Shown here: piece after piece, positions 10,994 through 22,210 of the stretch | Numbering within the stretch: the stretch's first letter is position 1 | How the letters are laid out: each line of letters starts with the position of its first letter | Assembly: GCA_964106645.2 (NCBI GenBank) | Contig: OZ067039.1 | Direction: 5' to 3' (one strand) | Length of the DNA: 64,000 nucleotides | Source: Podarcis pityusensis | Taxonomy: Eukaryota | Position numbers and translations under genes: made by a program | Notes under the pieces: generated by a model | What the model was told of the DNA's origin: nothing | The model's input: the letters and a program-made list of their open reading frames with translations, nothing else | Database searches by the model: none

Positions 10994-12729
10994 TTGTGAG
11001 GTTGATGGATTTGCATTTCATGCGGCTTAATGTGGTGCCTTCCATGGTTCTAGATTCAGGTAAGTGTTGGTCTGATGCAGTAGAAATATATAAATTAAAA
11101 ATTGTCCAGTTGGGTAGTCACCTTCCCATTGAACAGACTTCAGTAAGAAGTGCTCCTGAAATGAAGAAAACCAAGGACTGACGCCATCAGTTGTTTGACG
11201 GTATCTCCCTCCCTTCCAGTATTCTCGGAGCCTGCTGACCATCATTCCTTAAGACACATTCAGAACCTGGCACTTTCAGACAGAGCCTCCCTCCCATATG
11301 CTGCCAGAAACCATTGGATGCTCTTCACAGGGGCTATTACAAAATTCTGAGGCAGACTCAGCCAGCTGATGCCCGAAAAGCAAAAGCTGGGGGGGGGGGG
11401 GTTGCTTTTGATCTATTCTTGCTTATGAGACGCTCTGAGAAGGTTGGGCTGATCTTTGAGCATCCTCTGTATGGAGGTTATCTTTAGCTCAGCTACCAAG
11501 CAGTCGTTCCTTCTGAAATCACTGTACTGCTTTTCTCTTGAGAAATTAGTCCAGCTCTGACTTGAGGGAGCAATGTGAAGCCTTGGGCCTTCTGGCATTT
11601 CATTGTACTTGTGCTGGATAGGACTCCTTTTATCCCCTCAAATATATATATGTGTGTGTCTATGTTGTAGATTTCATTCTACTTCGTATTTCCATGTGAG
11701 TCCTGCTACTTATCTCTAGCTACTTCTGTTGGGCCACCACCTCGAGAGAGTCCTGTGCTGGATAGCTGCATATGCTTAATCTTCTAGTAAATTGGCAATT
11801 GCGGCGTAGCTGTCATGCCTTATTATCTCACTGGTCATCACCTGCAAGCCATGTAAACAAGCCACTCTCCTCTCATCCCTTGGTATTTTCTTTTGGATTA
11901 GGAGCTGCTCTTGTATAGGTTACTTTAAGCCTGTGTTAACCTGTTTCTATTAATGAAAAGAGACACAGGGCTATCTGTTCTTGGCAAGCATGTGCTTGAA
12001 CTTGCTTTCTGTTCTGGTGTTTGTTTGTTTTTAGGATCTGCTCTGGGGTGGCTGGGTTAAGAGGCGATTCCTTTTCAATCTTTGGGGCTTCCTCTCTTTT
12101 TCAGCAGCCGCATGGCACTTCACTCACACACATCAAAGTAAAAACCTAACAAGTAATGAGGGTGAGTGAAGCAGGAGCTCAAGGTGGAACTGAGATCACT
12201 AATGGCAGAATGAAAATCTTACGGCTGGGCTGATAAAATGTTTTCATTCCGAGGGAACAAAAGAAAGGGTTTCTCTCGGCACCAGCTGGAGACCTGGGCT
12301 TTTACTTTCTCTGCTTCCTTGCCCCTCTTGAGGAATAGAAAAGAGATGTCTAGGCACCACTTGAAAACAAGCAAAAACACAAGTTGCCTAATAATGCAGG
12401 CTGGTCTTGGCTTGGGTCAGTTTGCAGGGCATGGGGGGAGGATCTACGGCAGCCTTTTGTGATAGGCTTGTGAATGAGCTGCCTTTGGTGACTGGCAGTA
12501 TCTTTCTCGCCACCTCCTCCTCTCTTTCTCTTTGCATTGCCATCATGTGATCCCCTGCCCCCCTTCTCCCCCCCCCCAGTATTGTTTCGTAACCAGCTGT
12601 CCCACTTACAGAACAGTTGTTTCTGGACTTCGGGGAAGTGTTACACTGGGGGGGAAATGGTTTGCACAGCATCTGCGATGACTCTCTCGACCTCATCTCT
12701 AGGCAGAGGCCACGTTGGCATGGTCTAGT

Positions 12730-13220
12730 TCAAGCCTCGCTGCTCCACTTGGAATCTCAGGAGCTCCGTGTATTGTGGATCTTCAAGGCGGAGCCTGCTG
12801 TGTCTGAATAAGCAGCAGGTGTTCCAGAGGAGCCTTTCCAGGTGCTATGGTAGATCACTCCTGCTGGCTATAACGGTGGCCTACACTGATGCAGTCGAAG
12901 GAAAGGGAGAGAAGGCGAAACAGGCGTGCCCTGGAGCTGCGCTCAGCCCTTTGCTGGCTGGGGACTCTCTTTCGCTTCCAGGAGAAGTTGAGCTCCAGGC
13001 GGGGGCCGTGTTTGCTTTTGCCACCGGGGGCAAAGTCCCCCATGAGCCGTCGGGTCAGCCCTTCCCCGCCACCCGTTTTGACCTTTTAACTGTATGGTTG
13101 CAGCTGCGGAAACAGCCGGGTCACCAGGTGGACCCTTGGGGTTGAGGGCCACCGAATGGATGGTAAGGAACCACGGGGTCCTGGGTGGCTGAACGGACTG
13201 CTGTCTGCTTTCTCCCTCGC
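12730..13220 (+). promoter_or_regulatory. CpG-enriched patch, candidate internal PRKACA promoter / 5'UTR
   Basis: Visibly higher GC and CpG density than the CpG-depleted flanks; GC-box-like CCCCGCCACCC near 13064; ends at two ATG+donor mini-exons. Confidence 0.5.
13156..13162 (+). CDS. PRKACA: Candidate PRKACA short first exon, coding part ATG GAT G (MD-VKEFL...)
   Basis: ATGGATG|gtaagg, phase 1 compatible with exon 2; in-frame upstream stop at 13087-13089; at the end of the CpG-enriched patch. Confidence 0.45.
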
Positions 13221-13256
13221 TCCCTGTGTTTATTAGACAGCTGCTTCTTTCAAGGA

Positions 13257-13263
13257 ATGTATG
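13257..13263 (+). CDS. PRKACA: Candidate PRKACA short first exon, coding part ATG TAT G (MY-VKEFL...)
   Basis: ggaATGTATG|gtgaga, G at -3, phase 1; 101 bp downstream of the first mini-exon. Confidence 0.35.
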
Positions 13264-14434
13264 GTGAGAAAAGGGCTCTAAAGACAAAGACACACATGGA
13301 TCTATCTGTGACGCTGAATGTGGCACAGTAAATTTTTGAGCAGATGGGTTTGTACTCACATGCAGCCCCTACAACAAATCAGCTCTGACTGTCATAGACA
13401 TATGTAGAAACTATTTAAATGGTTAGCCTTGGGGGAGTTATTCCTGATGAATTATGTTTCCACTAACTCCAGAATTTATCCCCTTTTATTTCCAGTTAAA
13501 GAACCTTGAGCGTTGAACAAAAGATGCTCAGAGCTGCTGTTTTCTCTCTAAGGGTACCATTTTTGCTTTATGAATTTGCAGCACGTCGTAGTTTGAGCTG
13601 AGCTTTCTTGCTGCTATTACCATCCTAATTGCTGTTTTAAATGCTTATATGAAGGAAGAATCTGCCAGTTTATTCTAAGTAGTAGATTCAAAGCCTCAAA
13701 AATCAAAGGTGTTGGCATCATAAAGAGTATGGAGGGTCAATTAGGAGAAATCTAAGGATCAACATGCTCAAGAATGTCTCCTTGCTGACAAGCCATCTAA
13801 AGCACATTCTGATAACTTTCACCCAGTCCATTGGGCATGATTGTATTTAAATAAAATGTCTAGTCCTCAAGGTTGTGATGAAGTATCAGAAATAGCTGTT
13901 TAGATTCTGCTAAACACTAAGGATATGGATGAGCCTTCTGCTGTCATGAAGCAGATTTTCTTGTTTCCTGGAATTCTAACATTTTATCAGTATTCCAAAC
14001 TCATGGGAATGGCAAGGGTGAAGAAGGCTCATCATTTGTGGGGTAGGAGGAAAAGCTTAAACTTCCCTCTGTCTTTTTTTTTAACTGACTGGCTTCCTAA
14101 TGGTGCATTTAAGTGTTACATCTAATTTGGCTTTCAGTGACAAATGGCAGGTGAAAACATTTTCCCCTGGAAACCTATGCCTGCTCACTTTGACCACTGG
14201 TCTTCTCTAGAGGCCTTTCTTTCTCCCCCTATTAATATCTGTTGTTACACCTTCTGACCTGGTCACTACAGTCTCAGTTATAGGGTGAGGGGCAGCCTAT
14301 TGGTGAATAAACTGCACCATGCTTTTTCTCAGAAACACTGTCCTGTCACTTATTAGGACCATGTTCACAGATGTCATGGCTGAGCTGAGATGTCATGAGA
14401 CTTCCGGTTTCAGCCCCCAATGAAAAATAGAGTC

Positions 14435-14665
14435 ATTGTGATGTAGTGTTACTGTATTGAACTTTGACTGGGCAGACCCTGGGTTCTAATCCCCACTCAG
14501 CTATGAAACCCACTGGGTGCCCTTGGATCAGTGACTCTTGGCCTAATCTGCTCACAACTTATGTTAGTATAATTGGAGGAAGGGGGATAATAGAATTGCG
14601 TAGGGTGCCCTGAGCTCCTTGGAAGAAGAGCGAGATATAAATGTAATAAGAAATAAAAAAATAAA
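14435..14665 (+). mobile_element. tRNA-derived (MIR/CORE-like) SINE
   Basis: A-box-like TGATGTAGTG, B-box-like GGGTTCTAATCCCC, CTCAGCTATGAAACCCACTGGGTG core, A-rich tail around 14640-14665. Confidence 0.6.
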
Positions 14666-15740
14666 TATTTCATATCCTCAAGAGTATCACAACCAAAATG
14701 AAATTTGCATAAATCTGTCCCATGGTTGATTCCAATTGCAGGCATTGGTTTACTGGTCATAGGATATTTCTTAGAAGGGTTGAGGGGGTGGGGTTATAGA
14801 ACCAGATTACCTGTACTTGGCCTAGAAATTAAGGGCACATGCACACCATACATCCCAACACATATTTAAAGCGCATGACTTTCCCGAAAGAATCCTGGGA
14901 ACTCTGTTTCTCCCCCCCCCCCCCAGTACCTTCAACTATATATTCCAGGATTCCTCGGAGGAAGTTATGTGCTTTAACTGTGTGTTGGTTGTTCTTTAAG
15001 GGTGTGGCATGGATCTGCCCTAAATCTGCTAGTCTGTATCCCATCCTTTTTCTGACTTGTTTTCTATACTAGAGAGATTACAATGGCGTCTGTTCCTGTA
15101 TAGCCACTGAAAAAGACAGGAGAATGCAAGGCAGTGTATTGATAACATCTGGCTGGCCTGTGCTTGCCTATGGCCAAGGCTCTTAGGATGTTTAAGATCC
15201 CTCTGAGATAACATACAAGTTACGCACCAAAGCCAACACTTGCCCCTCAAGAGACTTGTTAGCCAAATGATGATGCTTTTTCATTGTTGTTTTGGAAACC
15301 TTGTGAGGAGGGAGGCCCCTTGTGTTGGAGAATATATTGGTTTCCGTCTCCAGTTGTCAGCAGTGCAGGAGCGAGATTAAATTCTAATTTCATATCTAAA
15401 TTAATGCTGAAAAGACCCAGAGTGATAAAGTGGTGAAACAAAACCAGTAAAACATTAAATGAGGAACATTGAGGTGGCAATGTTCAGATGCAGCAGATCA
15501 GTACAAATAAGAATCCCACGCAGACTGCTTCCCAACAGTCCTGCAAAAAGATGTTTTCCTTGCATTTCTAAAATGTAACCGTGAAAATCATTGCCACACT
15601 TCTTCTGGGAACTCATTCCAAACCTGCTGGAAAGGTCCTACCCCTTCCAATTGAAGTTTAACTTCTGGAAGATGGGGATTTTTATCTGGGCCCAACCAGA
15701 AGTTCCTAATGGGAGGCTAGTGTATGTGTGTCAGGAACAC

Positions 15741-16160
15741 AGGAAGCTACCTTCCACCAAAGCAGACAATTGGTCAATCTAATTTAGGGATGGAGTCCAT
15801 CTGGCCCTCCAGATGTTGGACTCCATCTTCCATCAGTCCCAGCTGGCATGACCAATGACCAGGGATGATGAGAGTTGTAGCCCAACAACATGGATGGCCA
15901 CAGGTTCCCATCTCTAGTCTATACTGACTGGGAGCACCTTTCCAGGATTTCAGACAGGTCTTTCTCAACCTACTTGGAGATACTAGAGATTGAGCCTGGA
16001 GCCTTCTGCATGTAAAGCAGGGGTGGGGAACCTGGGGCCCTCCAGCTGTTCTTGGACTTTTGACTCGCATCAGCCCCAGCCAGCATGGCCAATGGTAAGG
16101 GACAATGGGAGCTGGAGGTGAGCAATATCTGGAGGCCCAGAGGCTTCTCAGTCGCATGTG
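15741..16160 (-). mobile_element. tRNA-derived squamate SINE (minus strand) interrupted by two hAT-type MITE copies
   Basis: SINE pieces AGGAAGCTACCTT...GGTCAATCTA and CTGACTGGGAGC...CCTTCTGCATGTAAAGCAG, separated or followed by MITE copies at about 15785-15915 and 16018-16150. Confidence 0.6.
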
Positions 16161-19100
16161 CCCTCTTGCTATACAGGTGTCCCGTCCCCCCCTTAGGCAG
16201 GGATTGTGTTTCAGGGCCCACAGACATAAGCAAAAATCGTGTAAGTGGGGAGCACCCTCTAAAAAGCCTCTGAACGCCTGCTTTTCCCTGCTCTCCAGCT
16301 CTCTCTACAATGCAGACTGAAATATCAGCTCTGGGGCTGGTTGGAGGCTGGAGGACACGCAGGCAAGTAGTGGTGGCGGCGGCGGCTGCAGTACCCCGCG
16401 CATCAGCTGTTAGGGAGGGAGGCTGTGTGCTCGGGTCTCTTTGGGGCTTCCTCCGCCGTCACTGATGTCTTTTTCAGGCTCTGGGGAGGGTCTCCTCACA
16501 AGCAACAAGGACTGTTAGCTCTCTCCCACTATTTCCTGCTTTGAATTTTTTTATTTATTTCCTGGCACTGCATGTATATGCATTTGTGCACATGTTTATT
16601 GCCTGTAGTCTTTCCCCCTTGTATGGCCAGAATGCCTAGTAACCTACAGTTACTTCAGCTTCCCTTCTGATAGGGAGTGCAGTTCATCTCCTTGAGCAGC
16701 CTGGACCTTGTTTTTACTCCATGCAGAAGATACCATCTGCCTGGGAATGCAAATGGTGCCATACCAACAATTATTTGAAGCATGTGTGGTTCCACAAAAT
16801 GCGTTCCGTAAATAACACTGGGGCTTTTATTCCCTAGTGCAGATTTTCTTTTGTATTCCCTTCCATTTGTTTATTCTTAAGGCGTTTATATGCAGCTTAA
16901 TCATAAGCATTTCCACCAAGTATTTTGTGAGAGGACTGCGACCTAAGCTGCAGAGCAGCTAAAATAGCATTTGGAGGTGGCCTTCTCCATAGGAAGCACA
17001 AAATAAGTTTTTTTTTTTTAAAAAAATACAGCACGTCCATCATACGATGCTCTAATTTGCCATGCTCATGAAAATCATATGCAAATTGTATTTCATGTGG
17101 ATTAGCACTGAACTTTCAGCTCCTGCAGCTTTTCTCGAGGTGCCCCTCTGTCGAAGAAGGTGCTCCACCTTGGCTGTTGCTTTGCTGATCTCCAAAGTGC
17201 AGAGAGAAAAGAGGTGAATTTGTGTGTCTGGTGAGAGCAGCTTCTGCGTGGTGAATAAGCCTGATGGGAAAACTCTTTGAGGACGAAGGCGTGCATGGTG
17301 GAGATCGGCGCTGTTAAAGAGAGTGCCTGCCTATGTTGCTTGAGTGCCCTGTGCTCAGTTTAGCTGCCAGCAATGCAGCCTAGTAGTTGTGTTTTGGATA
17401 CAGTGGGAGAAGAAGGAGTAATCTTTGAAAGATTACTAGGGCTGCATCTCTATTAGTCCCCTATGCTCTGGTGTTTATCTTGGCACAGGTCAGTCTGTGA
17501 GGCTCTTGTGCAATTGGACATGGTCGATTAGTTCCATAAGCTGGATTCATGGAGTCTGACCAAGCCAATGTGAATAGAAAATGCCTTCATCGGGTTCACT
17601 GTTTAAGGGGTGCTCTCAGCTCAAATGGTGTAATGGAGAGTTATTTCTGTGGCAAGAGATGCTTTTAACACCTGGGGCTTTGTCGTAATGAGGCAAATGG
17701 TGTGTTTCTGCTCTTTCCCCCTTGTTGCTTCTATTCAGCCAACCAATTTCTTGTTCGGTTTTCATCTGCAATTCTGGCTGCAGCAGTGGTTGAAGATGTG
17801 TGGGGAGGGGAGTATAATTAGGAAGGGAAATGGCTGGAGAATCCAACCCCCTTGGGCCAACCCAGTCTTGTATACAGTATACTGTCTCTCACAGCAGCTA
17901 GCGTAAGAAACCTATTACAAGAAAGGTAGAAGAGCCCTCTAGTGGTCATAGAAAGGATGTTTTCACACATATATTGCGTATCTTAATCTACAACAGAAAT
18001 TTTCTGAAGCCCTAAAGCTGGGCTGGGGAGCCTGTGTCCCCCAGAAGTTGCTGGACTATAACTCCCATAATCCCAGACCATTAACCATATTGGCTGAGGC
18101 TTATGAATGGCCCACTTTAACTGATTCTGCAGCCCCTCCGTATGCACTCCAGATCTCATGAAGGGAACCCTCTTAAAGGAAGCAAGGGGCACCCAAAAAT
18201 AAAGTAATGATTTCTGCATACTCAGAGGACTCTCTGGGAGACATGCAGAAGTATGTAAGTTTGTGAGCTGAAAGAGAGAACAACTTTTTGAAAAGAGAAA
18301 AAAAGCATTGTGGGCATTTTAAGACCTTTGGGATGTCAGTGACATACAGAAAAATAGACTATTTACTGGTGCAGTTCATCTCTGTCTGAAGAGGGAAATT
18401 CTAGGTTCATGTTGCACCCCAAAAGTAAGAGGTGCTGTCTTTTTGCTGCTAGCCTCTTCTGGGAGGGGGTTGGGATCCAGGGTGGGGTCCATGCTGCTGT
18501 TGCTGTCCATTTACAGCAATGTTAAAATCCTGGGTTTCCTTCATTGTTTTATGTGAGCAGCTCTTAGTTCTGCCCTGGAGGATGGAAAAAGTGGGTCAGA
18601 TTGGAAGTTGGGCATGCTGTGTTAGTCTAGCAATTATGTCTATGGCTGCAGGCTGTTGAGCCATAGAATGATGGTGTCAGTTAAAAGTGGCAAACAGAGG
18701 GGGAGGTTGGGGGATGCATGCCATGAGGCTAAAATATTTTCACCCTATATATTCCTCTATTTTGGTAATTTTTTTTTAAAAAAAGGTGCTCGTACTCATG
18801 TCTTGATAAAAGTGCTGTGGGTACCAGCACCAAATGGCTGCCTTGGCAGCAAAAGGTGCCTGCACTCCATATTGGTGAGTGCTGTCCTCCCAGAAGCAAT
18901 ATATACACACATGCATACATAGATCTCAATAAAATGCTTGGATTCAGGACTGGCAACCAGCCCTGAACCCTGGGCAAGTTAGCATTTTAAAGCAGGCTCA
19001 GGGAATGTTTATAACATGTGGGAAAGCAAAAATATGTGAATCTTGAATAGTATTGCTGGCCTCCTGTTTCAGGCTATGTGGAACCCTGAACATTTAGAAT

Positions 19101-19507
19101 TATTTTTTCTGGATGCCCAAGTAGCTGAATTAAATCCAAAGGCGTGCCAGATACATTAAAATTGAGAAAAGGTGAAGCCCATTCCTTTGTTTTTCAGATC
19201 TAGCAAAAAGATTGTAAAATGCTGACCTACAGCTCCCATCATTCTTGACTGTTCCTGACCATTCTGGCTCAGGCTTATGGGAATTGGAGCCTAGTGACAC
19301 CTGGAGGGCCACAAAACTTAGCAGAATGCTGCTGCCTTTTGCAAACCTGCTTCAAAGCATTCTGGTCAGTGAGAGTGCTTCAGAAAGGAAAGCTGAATCT
19401 GCTCTTCCCCAGCCTTCTCAACTCAGGCTTTGGGTACCATGGCCACAGAATACAGCTCTTCGTGTTGGGTCTGTAATAGAGGGGGAGGGAACAGCTGTCT
19501 TTGGAAA

Positions 19508-19700
19508 GGGCCATAGCTCAGTGGCAGAGCATATACTTCTGTGTGCATTGAAGGTCCCAAATTCAATTGCTTGTACCGCTAGCAAGGTTGAAAAAGTGTC
19601 TCACCTGCCACCCTGTGGAGTTGCTGGCAGTCAAGTGTTGCAGGCAGTGCTGAGCAAGATGGGCCAGTGGGCTGATTTTGGCACAAGACAGCTTCTACTA
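19508..19700 (+). mobile_element. tRNA-derived squamate SINE (Squam3-like)
   Basis: GGGCCATAGCTCAGTGGCAGAGC (A box), GAAGGTCCCAAATTCAAT (B-box region), body GCTGGCAGTCA...AGATGGGCCAGTGG...GACAGCTTC. Family name from recall. Confidence 0.65.
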
Positions 19701-19870
19701 CTTAGAAAACATTTATTAGATGTGCGTTCCAGCACATAAGGCCTCCGCTGCACGGAGTTCAAATAATGGTTTAAAGCAAATCTATCAAATAAGCCGCTAG
19801 ACGAAATTTCATGAAATGATAGGGGCCATTAGTGTGGGAGATGAAGAAAATGTGGGTAGAGCTTGTTGGG

Positions 19871-19880
19871 TTAAAAATAG
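19871..19880. promoter_or_regulatory. MEF2 consensus site
   Basis: TTAAAAATAG fits YTA(W)4TAR. Confidence 0.3.
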
Positions 19881-20012
19881 GGCTAGCTGAACATGCCCAT
19901 GCCTGCCTTGTACTGTAGGGGAGTGCTCAGACTCCCAATAACTTTTTGTTTCTTAAAAAAAGAAATCTACAAAATGGTGTGAGCATTTCTTCAAAGGCAC
20001 TCTTCAAGCTGG

Positions 20013-20040
20013 ATGATTCAGAAGCACTGCAGAATGGCAG
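20013..20040 (+). CDS. PRKACA: Candidate PRKACA alternative first exon, coding part (MIQKHCR)MA-VKEFL
   Basis: agaATGGCAG|gtgagc: strong Kozak at 20034, strong donor, phase 1; in-frame weaker ATG at 20013; in-frame stop at 19980. Confidence 0.3.
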
Positions 20041-20171
20041 GTGAGCTTCAGAGTGAGCGAGTGCCTCATGTTCCACATTGGGACACACAAACTCCTGCAC
20101 AGACACTGATGGGATCTAAATGAGCTGTCACTACTGCCAGCGAGGTCTTGGGGTCATGGTAGAAAGCGCAG

Positions 20172-20179
20172 TGACGTCA
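20172..20179. promoter_or_regulatory. Full palindromic cAMP response element (CRE)
   Basis: TGACGTCA with retained CpG in a CpG-depleted region. Confidence 0.4.
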
Positions 20180-20229
20180 TCTCAGAGTGCTGGCACAGTG
20201 GAGGAAAAGCAAATCTGATACTGGGAATT

Positions 20230-20820
20230 ACTATAAAAAGGGGCTGAAAATGAAATGGCAAGTACACCAGGATGAGACTCTGGTATGGCTGTGCTTGGAA
20301 TGCCAATGGAGTTCTAGTGGCCTGGTTTTGAAAAAGAGATCACAGAAGGGGAGGAAAGTAAAGAAATGGGTGGCTAAAGATATTCAGGTGGATGGGACTT
20401 CCTTCGAAGAGAAGTTTAGGCCGCACACTTATTTAGTTCACAAAATCAGGAATGGTGTGAAAGAGACCAAAATATTGGAGTTTGAAGTTCTCTAATACTT
20501 TGACAGCAAGTTCAGGACAAATTAAAGCAAGCACTGTTTTCAACTTATGGAATTCATCCCACAGTTTGGAAGGCCACTAACACTGTCATTGTCACTGTCA
20601 ACTGGAATAGGTTTAGCTCCCATAGATGGGTCTATCAATGGCTGTAGGTCATGGTTTGCAGATGCACTTTCCTTACCAGAGGCAGCGAACAGACAGAGGA
20701 TGATTATTGAAATCATGTCCTAGTTATCAATTTTCCAGGGGTATGTGGTTGGTCCTGGTTAGAGACCATATACTATACTTGATGAACCTAGAATTCTGAT
20801 CCTGCAAGATTATTGTTGCC
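20230..20820 (+). mobile_element. Old CR1 LINE 3' remnant
   Basis: Degenerate CR1-like segments (CACAAAATCAGGAATGGTGTG, TTCAGGACAATTAAAG, ATGGAATTC, TCTATCAATGGCT, ACTTGATGAACC...CTGATCC). Boundaries approximate. Confidence 0.45.
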
Positions 20821-21117
20821 AACATCCAACAAGAGGAAATTACTTGCACTTTCACACTTGTATTACGTTTTCCCAAGGAACTCAAGGTAATGTATGTGGG
20901 ATTATCAGTTTTTTCCTCCCAGCAGCCTTGTGAATTAAGTTATGTTGCTTGTGTGATTTCCCCCCGCCCCGCCCCACCCCGCAAAAAGACCCCTTCAAAA
21001 CCATTGAGCTTCATGGTTCAAATTCAGTTATCTAGCCACTACACCACAATGACTCTTACAGTGCCATTTGAAAGCTGGGAGAACAGGAGATTAGCACATC
21101 ACAATTATAGCCTTGAG

Positions 21118-21427
21118 CAGGGGTCAGCAGGGGGCTGGTCCACTGTCCCTCAGACCTTGTGGGGGGCTGGACTATATTTTTTTGGGGGGGGAATGAATGA
21201 ATTCCTATGCCCCACAAATAACCCAAAGATGCATTTTAAATAAAAGCACACATTGTACTCCTGTAAAAACACCAGGCAGGCCCCACAAATAACCCAGAGA
21301 TGCATTTTAAATAAAAGGACACATTCTACTCATGTAAAAACACGCTGATTCCTGGACCGTCCGTGGGCCGGATTGAGAAGGCGATTGGGCCGGATCCGGC
21401 CTCCGGGCCTTAGTTTGCCTGTGCATG
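21118..21427. mobile_element. hAT-type MITE with internal 71-bp-period tandem duplication
   Basis: Starts CAGGGGTCAGCA, ends AGTTTGCCTGTGCATG; GGGCCG-rich subterminal motifs; flanked by GCCTTGAG / GCCCTTGAG (near-8-bp TSD); GCCCCACAAATAACCC..GATGCATTTTAAATAAAAG.ACACATT repeated at 21209 and 21280. Confidence 0.8.
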
Positions 21428-21842
21428 GCCCTTGAGGCCCTTGAGGAATGATGCAAGTTCACTGGGCAAGGAATTGTACAGCGGTCAGTAATGATGAGAC
21501 GTGGTCCAACACCATCTGGTAACCCAAGAATGAGAGAGGTTGTCTTAAGGAATTTTTTTCCTGTTCCTGGTGGCCTATCTAAATTTTAGCCAAAGTGGTT
21601 TTTTAAACCACAGTTTCTCTTATTTGAAATATACATATTGATGAGACAGTATTGCATCTTTCTCTGATTTGGCATGTAAATGCACATGTTTGGATTGCAA
21701 TGCAATGTCTTGAGTTTTGTGTGCCATAACTTGGAAGCCCATATTGCTAGGGGATATCAGCTTCATTATGGAGCCAGGCGAATGTTCAGGGCTCACTTTC
21801 AGGCAAAATAAACTCCCAGCCCCTAAACCACACTCTGAACCT

Positions 21843-22210
21843 AACACTAAACCAAGGTTTATTAAACTATGGTGTATGAAACAACGGCTTAGTGTTTTGT
21901 GCAAAGCCTGCCTAGTGGCTTGACTATGGTTTGTTTACTGCTAACAAACCATGATCTGAAGCTGTGGTTCGTTGCTGGTTTATGACCCTTAGTTTGTTGT
22001 AATTAAGTTTTGCAACTCTCACCAAGCCAAACACCCTTCCTTAACCATGGTTTGTTTGGCCTCCCCACCCCAGATGCTCACTGAACTACAAAGGCATGAG
22101 TTGAGAGCAGCTGAAAATTGAACCAAACTTTGGAGAAAAACAAGCCATGGTTTGCTTGCTCATCTATGAGACAACTCGTGGCTTGTTTTAACAAACCGTG
22201 GTTTAGTGTT
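21843..22210. mobile_element. Non-autonomous DNA transposon remnant with AAACCATGGTTT-type repeats
   Basis: Inverted ends AACACTAAACCAAGGTTTATTAAA vs reverse complement AACACTAAACCACGGTTTGTTAAA; several internal CCATGGTTTG motifs. Confidence 0.6.

Noticed and set aside
12156-12167. ATG AGG|gtgagt mini-exon
   Set aside because: Phase 0; would put exon 2 out of frame.
14144-14156. ATG GCA G|gtgaaa phase-1 candidate
   Set aside because: Weak donor (no G at +5) and no promoter-like context.
19508-19580. tRNA-like sequence
   Set aside because: Degenerate SINE head followed by SINE body; no cloverleaf supportable.
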